A program made the translations under genes and the position numbers. Positions 12,877 through 25,520 of a DNA stretch of 64,000 nucleotides are shown one piece after another. The stretch comes from Heteronotia binoei. Taxonomy: Eukaryota. Each line of letters opens with the position of its first letter. The stretch's first letter is position 1. Where the stretch lies: the NCBI RefSeq assembly GCF_032191835.1, contig NC_083232.1:930001-994000 (forward strand). The letters run 5' to 3'. The notes below the pieces were generated by a model. It made no database searches and was not told where the DNA came from. It saw only the letters and a list, made by a program, of their open reading frames with translations.

Positions 12877-13434
12877 CTGCACAACAACACAGAACCCGGG
12901 CTGATCACTGCTGTTGGGAGACAGGGAGGAGGCCCAGGGCCCTCAGCACGTCTGACTTCTTGGCACCTGCTGGGGCAGCCAAGTGGGAGACAAGCAGAAT
13001 GCCAAAGATCCCCCCAAATCGTCTCACCCAAAGCCAAGGCCTCACTCAGGACAGTCCATTCTGCGGCCTCTCACCTTTGACCAGATATTGACATGAGAAC
13101 CACCACTTCTGCTCTGGCAGCCCCAAAGCAAGAGCACGGCAAGACCCAACCAGGGCTGGGGGGCACGCCACTGATTCTCGCCTGCGCTGGACACGGGAGC
13201 CCTAGCTTCTCCCCACAGGGACCAGATTGCAGCAACTCTGTCCTGCTGCTCAGGGAGAGGAGAGGAGAGGAGAGAGCCCTTCTGGGTCTTCCGAGTCAGA
13301 CAACTGGCCTGCCCTGGTGCCAGAATGCCCCTCAGCCATCCCAATTCACTGCTGGTGGGTTAGTGAAGCAGTTTGCTCACAGCTGCCAGCCCCCTCCCCC
13401 CCAGCATTTCCCCAACGAGGCCAAGCCGCTTTAC

Positions 13435-13532
13435 CCAGGGAAGTGACCAGCTCGTAGTTCTCCATCACCACCTCCGCCAGTTCCTTGCAGGCTCTCCAGG
13501 GAGATGCAGTCCAGGAGGGGCTCAAGCGTCAC
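13435..13532 (-). CDS. Left ZNF gene, degenerate KRAB-A exon (frameshifted; in-frame ATG at 13465 gives MENYELVTSLG)
   Basis: 98-bp exon cag|GTG..|gtaa; VTLE in one frame and KELAEVVMENYELVTSLG in another. CDS from 13465 is 31+111+1559 = 1701 nt, 566 aa. Confidence 0.75.
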
Positions 13533-13949
13533 CTGCTGCAACACACAGGCCTGGTCAACACTGCCTTGTGCACCACACACACCCAGAGATGCCCAACCCA
13601 CACTCCCTGGTCTCCACTTGAAAGCCACTATTTATGTACCACGATTTGCACACAAATGAGGGAAACCTGCTCCCCCAAACACACACACCTAAATAATTAA
13701 ATATCCTGCACAGGGCCAGCCTTAAGCACATCCCCCCACAGACCACCGGGACGGAGGGAGGGAGGGAGGGAAGGAGGAGAGAATTAAACAAACTGCATGC
13801 AGCGATAGCCCGAGAAAGCTCCACTCTACACTTCCCTTACCCCATCCTACCTGGGCTGCATCCCCTGAAGGCATTTCTTGGTCCAGGCATCCAATGAGGG
13901 AAGAAGAACATGTTTCACTTCAGCAACCGAAAAGGCCGATGGGATTCAC

Positions 13950-14015
13950 CTTGTGGGCGTGACTATTTGAGCCGTCCTTCTTCCTGCTTATCATTCCTGT
14001 ACTTTCTGAAAGCCC
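13950..14015 (-). CDS. Left ZNF gene, candidate ancestral start exon (MISRKKDGSNSHAHK, ATG 13994)
   Basis: Pyrimidine tract ctctctcttttctgattggtgcag, donor AAG|gtgaat, phase 0, in frame with VTLE of the next exon. Confidence 0.55.
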
Positions 14016-14691
14016 CTGCACCAATCAGAAAAGAGAGAGGGTGATAAGGAGGGTACCTGGGGTGGGGGCAGTGCAAGTGGAACGAGGCTGCCCAACCTGC
14101 CATTTCTTTTCACCACCCTGCAGAACCTGCTGCTGTTGCTCCATTGCAGCAGCCTCAGCCCTGTGAAGAACGAACGGCCTGAGCACATAACCAGCACCTT
14201 CCACTGGTGCTAAAGACACTGAAGCCCGAGGAAGAGCAGCCTGCGCTATTGCAGGGATCAGGCCCAACAAGAGACACCCTGTCATCGTGCTTCACAGAAA
14301 TGCAACCCACACCTCTTCCAGATCTGGGGGGAAAAGACATGCTGAGTCCACTGCAGTGAAAGCCAAAGTCAGCCCTCCAAGAAGTAGGAACCTGAAAGAC
14401 TGGCTGCTCCCCTCCCAAAAAGGGCCCTGCAGAGCCAGAAAAGGGAGGCCCAAGTTATTGTATACAGTGAAGAAACACAGGAGCCTCAGACTTCCCAATT
14501 TGGAGAGAAGACAACTTGGGGGGGGGGGGGGGGAGACACAAAAATGGTTTATAAAATTATACAGAGTGTAGAGGAAGCTGAGGGAAACACAAGAACTTTG
14601 GCACACCGCAGGAAAGGATTTGCAACATATTCAGGCCCAACACAAGAACATGATACGTTACAGTGATGTGGAGCAGAAAATTTCCCCAAAT

Positions 14692-14910
14692 GAACATAAG
14701 AGAAGCCATGTTAGATCAGGCCAATGGCCCATCCAGTCCAACACTTTGTGTCACATAAGAGAAGACATGTTGGATCAGGCCAAAGACCCATCCAGAACAA
14801 CACTCTGTGTCACACAGTGGCAAAAAATTTTTATATATACACACACACTGCGGCTAATAGCCACTGATGGACCTCTGCTCCATATTTTTATCTAAACCCC
14901 TCTTTGGAAT
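14692..14910 (-). mobile_element. CR1 3' end with duplicated terminal unit
   Basis: Two copies of the 59/67-bp unit seen in the arrays at 37990-39135 and 42395-45345. Confidence 0.75.
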
Positions 14911-16299
14911 GTTTTCCAATGGTGTATTTTACTGTGGGGAATTTTCCACCCCACGTAGGTAGATAAAGTCTCTGCTTATAACTGTCAGGGTGGTTGTGCT
15001 GCAAATCAGTTGTGTTCGATGGGCTAATCAGCTGTGTTAGCAGGGACAAATTCCAGCGCCTATACATGGTTTAGACTTCAAATCTGGTGCATTTTGCATT
15101 ATTTTTACTCTATTCAAATTTGCCAAAATGTTATTTCAATTATTATCAGAAGGTTCTCCAAGGCAAGTTCCCCCCACCCCAAGCCATCATCACTGCTCTG
15201 TTATGCTGCCCCCTCGCCTTCCATCCTTTCCCAAGGAAAGGAGGCACATTTACAAAGGTCAGAAGGTCAATCAACAGCTCTGAGCCAGGACAGCTAAAGG
15301 AAACCTTCATGTGCAGAAGCCATGCCTGGCTCAATACATGCTGCAGAGGGTGGGGGATTTCACCTCTGTGGAGCTTCTGGTGGATTGTCCCGCTTGGCAA
15401 CGGGATGCTGGACTGGACGGAGCTTTGCCCTGATCCCACAGAGCTCTTCAGAAGTCCTAGGTATCAAGTCACTCTCTTCCTGCACAGAAAAGTTCCCTCC
15501 TCAGCTGACTGTGATCCAGACAAAAGAATCCTGAGAGCCTTTCCCACAACCAGCCATTCATCCCTTTCTTTTGCAAACCTACCCCAAGTTCCTGGAGAGA
15601 TTTTATGGGTTTTTGAAGTCTGGGTGCATTACAAGATTTTGCACAAATATGAAAACTGGTCCAGGGAATCCTAATATTCATTTCTTTTCTCATAGCAAAG
15701 TTGCTAGCTCTTAAAACAGCGAGCATCAACTTGAAGCTGAGTGAACAAAGGCCAGTAAATCTTTGAAGCCCGTGGCCTGGCAAGGGGGCGGAGAAGGTAC
15801 CTTCACTGCCTTGTACAATCCCTTGCACTTCTGCAGGATGATGGAAATTAAACTGGTGATTTAAAAAAAAAACCCAACACAGCACATTCACTGTCCCAGA
15901 TACAGCTTTACCGCTTTTCTCTCAGAGAGACGCAACACATCCAGAGAGACCCAGCAAGCTCAGCCACTGAACATGCCCGGCTGACTACCAGAGAGGAACA
16001 AGGGCTTCTTGCTTGGCCAGGTGGGGCCCGCCTGCGAGGCTGATTCTGGGCTTCAGAAGGAGAGCAACAGGCCACTTCTCTCGTATTCCATTCTTTTGCC
16101 TTCCACTTCCCGAAACCCAAGAGGCCACTTTGACCTCTGGCGCCCACTCCCCAGCCAGGCTGGAGGCTCCAGCTCCACCAACAAGGCGGGGGGCGAGCTG
16201 CATTCCAAGACTGGGTTGGGGCGTGGTCCTGTCACCGCACAGCTCCCCCCACAGCGTCTCAGGACCCCCTCCCGGCGGCAGAAACCGGTCGGCCGAGCA

Positions 16300-17260
16300 G
16301 CAGCAGACTCAGAGAAGCCTCCCAAGCATCTCCTTTCCCTCGACTTTGGCGCCCAGTCCCTGCTCGGTGCCGACTAAGGCCTGAGCTGCAGGGGCGGGAG
16401 GCCCAGGCCACACCCAAGAGCAGAAGAGACCGTCCAGGAAGCAGCCAGCCCAGACCAAAGGCCTGCCTCCATTCTGCACGGCCAGCCCCGGTCCCGCTTT
16501 GCAACCCGCCCATGGGTGCCCCGAGGCCGCTCCCCGGCCCGGGTTCGGATCCCGCCTGCTGCTGCGGGGCGGGGCGAGTGGCGGGCCTACCTCGCGGGGC
16601 CGCTGTCAGGCGCAGGGTGGGCCGAGGCCTTCCGCGAAGGCGCGCAACGAAGCCCGGCCAGGCCCCGCTCCCCTCCCCCCCTCCCCCCCTCCGCTCACCA
16701 GGCCTGGCGCCGCTGACCCCCTGACCCGGCAGGCGAGGTTGCCATAGCAACACCGCGACGGTCCCGGCCGTGGCGGACGCGAGGGCCGCGTCACCGTCGC
16801 ATCACCGGTGACCTCACGCGCTGACGTCATGCGCCCGCCGCGCGGCGGAGGGAGGGAGGGGCGAGGCTTCCTTTCTCTCTTTCGAGGGTGGTTTTTTTTT
16901 TCCTGCCTTAACGACCACAAGGACCCGGATGGAGGAACCGGAAACCCGTGCTAGTCCCGCCCACTCACCCAGCCCGTATTTCCTCGTGTTTTCTTTCCCG
17001 TTTCTTCAGGGCACCGCCCTAGCAGTAGTGCATTCTGGGAACTGGAGTTCCCGCGGAAAACGGTCTCTCCTCCCCCCCCCCGTTGATCTCGCGATGGCTG
17101 CGCTACTGCGTGGATCCCGTGACAGCGATGCTTTACGGGAGATGTAGTTCTACGCTGGGACGAGGGAGAAACTTCCGGGAGTTCGAGACAGAGGAAGCGG
17201 AAGTACGTAAAGGAAGCTCTGGAGCGTTACCGGAAGCGGAGAGAGAGTCGCGCGTGACCC
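16300..17260 (-). promoter_or_regulatory. CpG-island promoter of the left ZNF gene with two candidate first exons
   Basis: CpG-dense; RFX X-box GTTGCCATAGCAAC 16738-16751; CRE TGACGTCA 16822-16829; ZNF143-type motifs 17030-17050 and 17130-17150; several CCGGAA ETS sites; minus-strand GTGAG donors after 16699 and 16969. Confidence 0.75.
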
Positions 17261-17510
17261 TGAGGTTGTTTATAACTGATTTGCTAACCATAGAGAGCAG
17301 TTCCCTTAGAGAACATGGCTACTTTGGAGGGTGGGCCATATGACATCACATCCTACACAGGCACCTCCCCAAATCCCTCCCTCCCAGGCCCCGCCCACTC
17401 CTAATCTCTAGGAATCTCCCAATCTGAAGCTGCCACCCTGGGCCATGCTGGGACTTCAAGGCTGCCACTCTGAGGTAAACTCTTCCCCCAGCCTTGGCAT
17501 ATGTGGTGGC

Positions 17511-18937
17511 ATTAGAATCCTAGAGGTGGAAGGGACCTCCAGGGTCGTCTAGTCCAACCCCCTGCACAATGCAGGAAACTCACAAACACCTCCCCCTACA
17601 TTCACAGGATCTTAGAATCCTAGAGGTGGAAGGGACCTCCAGGGTCGTCTAGTCCAACCCCCTGCACAATGCAGGAAACTCACAAACACCTCCCCCTAAA
17701 TTCACAGGATCTTAGAATCCTAGAGGTGGAAGGGACCTCCAGGGTCGTCTAGTCCAACCCCCTGCACAATGCAGGAAACTCACAAACACCTCCCCCTACA
17801 TTCACAGGATCTTAGAATCCTAGAGGTGGAAGGGACCTCCAGGGTCGTCTAGTCCAACCCCCTGCACAATGCAGGAAACTCACAAACACCTCCCCCTAAA
17901 TTCACTGGATCTTAGAATCCTAGAGGTGGAAGGGACCTCCAGGGTCGTCTAGTCCAACCCCCTGCACAATGCAGGAAACTCACAAACACCTCCCCCTAAA
18001 TTCACAGGATCTTAGAATCCTAGAGGTGGAAGGGACCTCCAGGGTCGTCTAGTCCAACCCCCTGCACAATGCAGGAAACTCACAAACACCTCCCCCTAAA
18101 TTCACTGGATCTTAGAATCCTAGAGGTGGAAGGGACCTCCAGGGTCGTCTAGTCCAACCCCCTGCACAATGCAGGAAACTCACAAACACCTCCCCCAAAA
18201 TTCACAGGATCTTAGAATCCTAGAGGTGGAAGGGACCTCCAGGGACCTCCAGGGTCATCTAGTCCAACCCCCTGCACAATGCAGGAAACTCACAAACACC
18301 TCCCCCAAAATTCACAGGATCTTAGAATCCTAGAGGTGGAAGGGACCTCCAGGGTCATCTAGTCCAACCCCCTGCACAATGCAGGAAACTCACAGACACC
18401 TCCCCCAAAATTCACAGGATCTTAGAATCCTAGAGGTGGAAGGGACCTCCAGGGTCGTCTAGTCCAACCCCCTGCACAATGCAGGAAACTCACAAACACC
18501 TCCCCCAAAATTCACAGGATCTTAGAATCCTAGAGGTGGAAGGGACCTCCAGGGTCGTCTAGTCCAACCCCCTGCATAATGCAGGAAACCCACAAACACC
18601 TCCCCCAAAATTCACAGGATCTTAGAATCCTAGAGGTGGAAGGGACCTCCAGGGTCGTCTAGTCCAACCCCCTGCATAATGCAGGAAACCCACAAACACC
18701 TCCCCCTACATTCACAGGATCTTAGAACCCTAGAGTTGGAAGGGACCTCCAGGGTCATCTAGTCCAACCCCCTGCACAACGCAGGAAACTCACAAACACC
18801 TTCCCCTACATTCGCAGGATCTTAGAATCATAGAATCCTAGAGTTGGAAGGGACCTCCAGGGTCATCTAGTCCAACCCCCTGCACAATGCAGGAAACTCA
18901 CAAACACCTCCCCCTAAATTCACAAGATCTTCATTGG
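17511..18937 (-). repeat. Tandem array, 14 x 100 bp, of a CR1 3' terminus
   Basis: tagaggtgga recurs at 17521, 17621, 17721 and onward; unit is the reverse complement of the CR1 end also seen at 29660-29985. Confidence 0.95.
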
Positions 18938-19385
18938 CCATAAAGGTGAAGCAACCAGTAAACAGTTCTGCAGATACAAGTGATTGGATTTTCATTCCAT
19001 TTATCCTAGCAGGGTGGCCAAACTTGTTACTGTAAGAGCCACATAAAATAACTGTCAGGTGTTTGAGAGCCACAAGACATGAACATCAGATGTTTGAGAG
19101 CCAGAAGGAAGGAAGGCAAATAGATGGGAGGGAGACATGGAAAGAAAGCAACTTTAACTTTAAATGCATTCTCCAAACTGCCAGCTGGCTTGGCTCGAAC
19201 AAATAATTTAAAGAGACAAATGCCTTCTCCAAGCTGGTCAACAGGGTGGTGGGGGCTTCGAAAGCTACACAATGGGTGATTACAGACCAGCACTTTGGGC
19301 CGACTCAGAGACGGCTCTGAAATCAACCCAAAAAATCCTTCCACACACAAACATCTGCCACCCGTCCTCGTCCAGCACTCACTCC

Positions 19386-20364
19386 AGCCTAGCAACAGTG
19401 ATCCATGCAATGGTCACCTCAAGGTTGGATTACTGTAATGCCCTCTACATGAGGCTGCCTCTGTGCCGAACCCGGAAGCTGCAGCTGGTGCAGAACTGTT
19501 ATTAGGGCTCCCGAAGTGGGAGCACATACAGCCGGGGCTGCGTGGACTGCACTGTCTGCCAGTTGTATATCGGGTTCGTTACAAAGTGCTGGTTATCACC
19601 TTTAAAGCCCTATATGGTCGAGGACCTGCCTATCTGAAGGACTGTCTCTGAGGTCAGCGGGGAAGAACCAACTGACTATCCCTGGGCCGAAGGAGGCAAA
19701 ACTACAGAACACCCGTATACGAGCCTTCTCTATTGCAGCACCACACCTATGGAACCAGCTCCCGGAAGAAGTGCGGGCCCTGCGGAGCCTTGAACAGTTC
19801 CGCAGGGCCTGCAAGACCATCTTTTTTAGGATGGCCTTTACCTAACCGAACGACTGTTGGATTCGCCTCAAGTGACTCTGCCATAATATTTACACCTAGA
19901 AGAAGAAGAAGAAGATATTGGATTTATATCCCGCCCTCCACTCCGAAGAGTCTCAGAGCGGCTCACAATCTCCTTTACCTTCCTCCCCCACAACAGACAC
20001 CCTGTGAGGTGGGTGGGGCTGGAGAGGGCTCTCACAGCAGCTGCCCTTTCAAGGACAACCTCTGCCAGAGCTATGGCTGACCCAAGGCCATTCCAGCAGG
20101 TGCAAGTGGAGGAGTGGGGAATCAAACCCGGTTCTCCCAGATAAGAGTCCGCACACTTAACCACTACACCAAACTGGCTCTCCTAACCTAACAGAATAGC
20201 ACCAGAAATGTTAATTTTAAAATTGGAATGTTTTTAGGTGAATGTGTTTTTAAAATTTGTTGTATAATTTATTGTATGGATCGAGATGCTGCTAGCCGCC
20301 CTGAACCTGCTTCGGCGGGGAGGGCGGGATATAAATAAAATATTATTATATTATTATTATTATT
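19386..20364 (+). mobile_element. L2 LINE 3' fragment, interrupted by a SINE
   Basis: Translation LATVIHAMVTSRLDYCNALYM..LHCLPVVYRVRYKVLVITFKALYG, typical of L2 ORF2; (TTA)n tail at 20340-20364. Confidence 0.85.
19897..20182 (-). mobile_element. CORE-SINE (Squam3-like), single-headed copy
   Basis: Head gagccagtttggtgtagtgg, MIR-like cacctcacagggtgtctgttgtggg, (TCT)n tail. Confidence 0.8.
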
Positions 20365-20890
20365 AGTGCGGCTCAAAAAGCTACCACTTCTGAAGTGTTA
20401 GCAAATACAGGAGCCGCACGCCAGTCGCCTCCTTGGCGTCTGGAAGCAGAAGGGCACAAGCAAAGCGTCTTGGTGGTGTGCAACCGCCCAGCTGCCCCAA
20501 GTTGCATCCAGCTTTTTTAAAACAAAACTGTTCAGAGCTCATGTGCACATGACTACCCAAGCTGAGTGATGGGAATGGTGCGCAATGGCCATCTGAACAT
20601 GCCCATGTCGCCCCATGGACGCAATGGGGACGGCTTGTGGGGGAGTGTGTGGAGGCTTCATTTCGGGACGCCTCCCATCTGCCCCAAAATGCCGTCTGTT
20701 GTCATCCAATGTGTGTGAAAGAGCCACATGTAGCTTCCAAGCCGCAGTGTGGTTGCCCCTGCTTTATAATTAGTTCATTTGACCAAAGATCTTAAGCATA
20801 AAACCGCTATATTTCAGCAGTATAATACAAATGTACAACATGGCATAGCAAGCCAGATAAAAGCAACATTCAGAATAGTGAAATATATAA

Positions 20891-21172
20891 AAAGGTAAAG
20901 GTAGTCCCCTGTGCAAGCACCAGTCATTTCGGACTCTGGGGTGATGTTGCTTTCACAACATTTTCGCAGCAGACTTTTGACGGGGTGGTTTGCCATTGCC
21001 CTCTCCAGTCCTCTACGCTTTCCCCCCAGCAAGCTGGGGACTCATTTTACCGACCTCGGAAGGATGGAAAGCTGAGTCAACCATGAGCCGGCTATCTGAA
21101 CCCAGCTTCAGGTCGTGAGCAAAGCTTAGGTCTGCAGTACTGCAGCTTTACCACTCTGCACCACAGGGCTCT
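20891..21172 (-). mobile_element. Sauria SINE, near full length
   Basis: tRNA-like head plus aaaggtaaaggtagtcccctgtgcaagcacc tail. Confidence 0.85.
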
Positions 21173-21439
21173 TAGTGGAATATGTAAATCATCACAAAAA
21201 TCTAAAGCAGATTAAATAGATATACACATTGTGAAAGTCTTAAGCGCATTGGATAAAATCTATAGCGCCTTAAATAGGAAAAATGGGTGGACCCCTGGCA
21301 TTTCTCTGATGGTCAGCAAAGTAAGGCTGGTTTTAGTGGCATTTTAAGGAGACTGCTGTCAGGAATTTTCTGGATCAAAATCTGCTAATAATGGAGATGC
21401 CACCCAGGGCTTGACAGGAAGTTGATATTCGGATATCAC

Positions 21440-22690
21440 ATTATTCTGCTCTGGTTAGACCTCATCTACAGTATTGTGTTCAGTTCTGGGCATCGCAGTT
21501 TAAGAAGGATCTAGACAAGCTGGGAGGTCTCCAGAGGAGGGCAATGAAGATGATGAGGGGTCTGGAGACCAAGTCCTACGAGGAAAGGCTGAAGGAGCTG
21601 GACATGTTTAGCCTGGAGAGGAGGCGGCTGAGAGGTGATAGGATCACCATCTTCAAGTACTTGAAGGGCTGTCATCGAGAGAATGGTGTGGAATTGTTTT
21701 CTGTTTTGGGCACCATGTTTTAAGAAGGATATAGACAAGCTGGGAGGTCTCCAGAGGAGGGCAACGAAGATGGTGAGGAGTCTGAAGACCAGGTCCTATG
21801 AGGAAAGGCTGAAGGAGCGGGTATGTTTAGCCTGGAGAGGAGAAAACTAAGGTAATATGATCATCATCATCAAGTACTTGAAGGGTATAGAGCAAGGGTG
21901 GCCAAACTGTGGCTTTCACACATGTTGTGTGGCTCTTGAAGCCTCCACCACCCCGTCAGCCAGTTTGGAGAAGGCATTTGTTTCTTTAAATTACTCCTCT
22001 AAGTCAAGCCAGCCAGCAGCTTGAAGAATGCATTTAAAGTTGCTTTCTTTCCACCTCTTCTCCCTGCCCCCATTTATTTGACTACCTTCCTGTCTTACGG
22101 TTCTCAAACATGTTTTTGTCTTGTGGCTCTCAAACTCCTGCCGTTTATTCTTTGTGGCTCTTACTTGCTTACTTACATCCCCTTATAGAGGAAGGTGCAG
22201 AATTGTTTTCTGTTGCCTCAGAAGGTCAGGCCAAAACGAAAGGGTTGACATTTAACCAAAAGAGCTTCCAGTTAAACATTAGAAACAACTTCCTGACAGA
22301 GCAGTTCCAGTGGAACAGAATTCCTCCTCGAGAGGTGGTGGGCTCTCCTTCCTTGGAGGTTTTCAAACAGAGGCTAGATGGCCACCTGACAGCAATGACG
22401 ATCCTGTGAATTAGGCAGATCGTGAGAAGGAAGACAGGAAGAGATGGCATCAGTGCTTAGTTCTCCTGCTCCCTTCTTACACACCAAAGGGAATACTGAT
22501 TGACACTTGGTGTTAGTCAGCAATTTTTCTCCAGGCCACTTTGGCAAGGGATCCTGAAGGGGTTTGACACACATACATCACTGCAGGTGTGTGTGTGTGT
22601 GTGTCAGGGAGGTAGTTATGAAGTTCCTACATTGTGCAGGGGGTTGGATTAGATGACCATGGAGGTCCCTCCCAACTCTGTAATTCTGAT
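21440..22690 (+). mobile_element. CR1 3' region interrupted by a hAT-like MITE (21893-22183, TATAGAG repeated at both flanks)
   Basis: CR1 RT-end motifs either side of the MITE; CR1 tail at 22620-22690. Confidence 0.75.
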
Positions 22691-22695
22691 TTCCT

Positions 22696-23235
22696 CAGTA
22701 GGTTGTCAGGTCCAATTCAAGAAATATCTGGGGACTTTGTCAAGTCCAGTTCAGGAAATATCTGGGGACTTTGGGGGTGGAGCCAGGAGCAAGGTTGTGA
22801 CAAGCATAATTGAACTCCAAAGGGAGTTCTGGCCATCATATTTAAAGGGTTTTAAATGCCTTCCCTCCACTGGAAATAATGGATAGGAGTACCTTCTTTT
22901 GGGGCTCATGAACCGGACCCCCTGGTCCAATCTTTTTGAAACTTGGAGGGTGTTTTGAGAAGAGGCACCAGATGCTATACTGAAAATTTGGTTCCTCTAT
23001 CTCAAAAATCAGCCTCTCTGAGCCCCAGATACCCTCGGATCAATTCTCTATTATACCCTATGGGAATCAATCTCCATAGGGAATAATGGAGTGCCCAACA
23101 CACATTTCCCCCCACCCGGCACTTGCTGATAACCCTGAAATGGGGGGAGGGCTCCAAACCGGGGGATCCCCGACCCCAACTGGAGATTCTGGGGGATCCC
23201 CTGACCCAAACTGGAGATTAGCAACCCTTTTCCTC
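22696..23235. mobile_element. Non-autonomous DNA transposon (agggttgcca-type ends)
   Basis: Shares the body gtccaattcaagaaatatctggg..tccataggga with the copy at 40781-41255. Confidence 0.6.
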
Positions 23236-24699
23236 AGGCTCTGCCCCCCAGATATTTTCCAACCCAGAGGTGGCAACCCTGCCAGCAGTGGTGGAAAACA
23301 TGAGGCTCCAGGCTTCTTGGTTTGTTTGTGCAGTTCCCAGTAGAAGGCCACTTGCTTTGTAGATCAAACACAGGGATCGATTCCTGAAAAAAGGGAAATG
23401 AAAACAAATTCGCTCACAGGGCCTCTTCCCTTCACGGGGCGACTGCCAGGAACAAGGCAAGGTGCCTTTTCTGAATGGGCAGGTTTGGAAGTTTTCTGAC
23501 AGCAGAAGCAAAAACCTCCTAGCAATCAAAGATTCCCAACTGCTGGGGATCCGAATGCTCCAAACCTTTCCCAGCCATTGAGACAGCTGAATGTTCCAGT
23601 TCCAGGGATTTGCAGTTCAAGATCAGGGAAGCTGCTCACCTGACCCAGCTGTGCTTGAGTGGGCGAACAGACTCCTCACAGAGATCAGGAAGGCCTCAGG
23701 AAGGGAGTGGGAGGCCTGGCTGGAGGAGGCCACCAGCGAATAGCCTCAGGGATGTTGTTCCTCTGCCATGATCAGAAGTGGGGGCGTGATGCAGGGCCTT
23801 CTCAGTGGTGGCACCAAGCTTCTGGGCATCTTTTCTGGAAGAATTTCACTGTGCTCCATCCCCCTTGGCCTGCGTAGGGTCAGCTGAAACCATTGTTTCC
23901 CTGAGGGCTTTGGGCAACTTGTTTGCCTACTGCTTTTCCACACATGACCCTTCTTGTTTAAATCACAAAGGAAGCCTGCCGCTACATATCAGTTGTGCAG
24001 CTGAGTGCCGGGCAGGATTCATTCATGTGATGGTTCCTCTGGGTTTGTGGACGGGTTTCCAACTCTGGGTTGGGAAATTCCTGGAGATTTGGTTAGTGGA
24101 GCCTGGAGAAGGCAGGCTTGGGCGGCGGGAAGGAACTAATTTCTCTCAGTTGTAATTCTCTGAGAGACCTGGAGGTTGGCATCTCTAGTTCTTGGGGACA
24201 TCATTGCTTCATGCTTCTGAATGACTGTTGAACACGGTCAGTTTGGGATTGAAAAGTGGATGACAAGGACTCTGTAAGTAAACTTAGTCTTATTTAAACA
24301 CAAGCAATAAATGTTGGGGGGGGGGTCCCCTTTCTTAGAGGAGAGATGACCTGCTGATAATGGGGAGTGATCCAGGCTGGTTAAGTGGCCATTTCAGTCG
24401 AGTGGGGGGTAGACAAAGGTGACTCCTTTTTGACCGGGAGATGATGATACATTTCGTCTTCTCTCTATCACTTCAACATCCACTGTGGGTTGTCCATTTT
24501 CTTCATGTGTTAGTGGCGGGGGGCACTCACTGAAGCCTGAGCTCTCTCTCTCCCAAACCCAGAGCTCTTGCCTGCTCTTCTGGAAGGGAGGGAGGCTGGA
24601 GGGAACGACCTCTTCTGCTGCAGGCTCCTGAGATTCGGGGACGGGCAGCGATCCTGCCATGAGATGCCCCGTGCCAGGCGGGCAGCTGCTTCCCCTGCC

Positions 24700-25520
24700 A
24701 TTTCTTCCTTTGATATGATAGAGGTTTACAAGATTATGCCTGGGATGGAGCAGTCGGGTTAAAATGGATAGAAGGAAGTCCTTCTTCACCCAAAGGGTGA
24801 TTAACATGTGGAATTCACTGCCACAGGAGGTGGTGGCGGGCCGGCTACAAGCATAGCCAGCTTCAAGAGGGGGTTAGATAAAAATATGGAGCAGAGGTCC
24901 ATCAGTGGCTATTACCACAGTGTGTGTGTGTGTGTGCGCGTGGGCCATTGGCCTGATCCAACATGGCTTCTCTTATGTTCCGCATGGATGTAAATAAATA
25001 GTTCTTCAATCAGTGAACTATTATTCATTTCAGCATTTCTACTTCCTGCCTCTGCAGCAAAGGAAAGGAAACCTGGGAGAGCCTTGCTTTTGGGACAGTG
25101 GCCAAAAAACCCAAGTGCCATCAGGAGATCTACCATTGGGGCCAGGACACTAGAAGCCCTCCCACTGTGCCCCCCAAGCACAAAAAGACAGAGCATCACT
25201 GCCCCAGACATAAGAACATGAGAAGCCCTGTTGGATCAGGCCAATGGCCCATCCAGTCCAACACTCTGTGTCACACAGTGGCAAAAAACCCCAAGTGCCA
25301 TAAGGAGGTCCACCAGTGGGGCCAGTGGCTCAGTGGCAGAGCCTCTGCTTGGCATGCAGAAGGTCCCAGGTTCAACCCTTGGCAGCATCTTCAGTTCCAA
25401 AGCACCAGGCCGAAGGGGACATGGGAGGCCTCCCCCTGACACCCTGGAGAGCTATTGCCAGTCTGAGTAGACAAGACCCTGATGAACGGATGTCCTGGTT
25501 GAGCAGAAGGCAGCTTCCAG
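24700..25520. mobile_element. CR1 fragments plus tRNA-derived SINE (25318-25520)
   Basis: CR1 RT-end atgatagaggtttacaagattatg, reverse CR1 3' end, SINE head. Confidence 0.7.

Larger units (their letters stand above)
19274..20707. mobile_element. PIF/Harbinger-like MITE with ~50-bp imperfect TIRs and a 3-bp AAT target-site duplication
   Basis: AAT|gggtgattacagac... and ...ctgttgtcatcc|AAT. Confidence 0.6.
19010..20761. mobile_element. hAT-like MITE split by nested insertions
   Basis: Left end cagggtggccaaac at 19010, right end gtggttgcccctg at 20761; removing 19274-20707 and one AAT restores cacaatgtgtgtgaaagagccac; an uninterrupted copy lies at 21893-22183. Confidence 0.7.
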
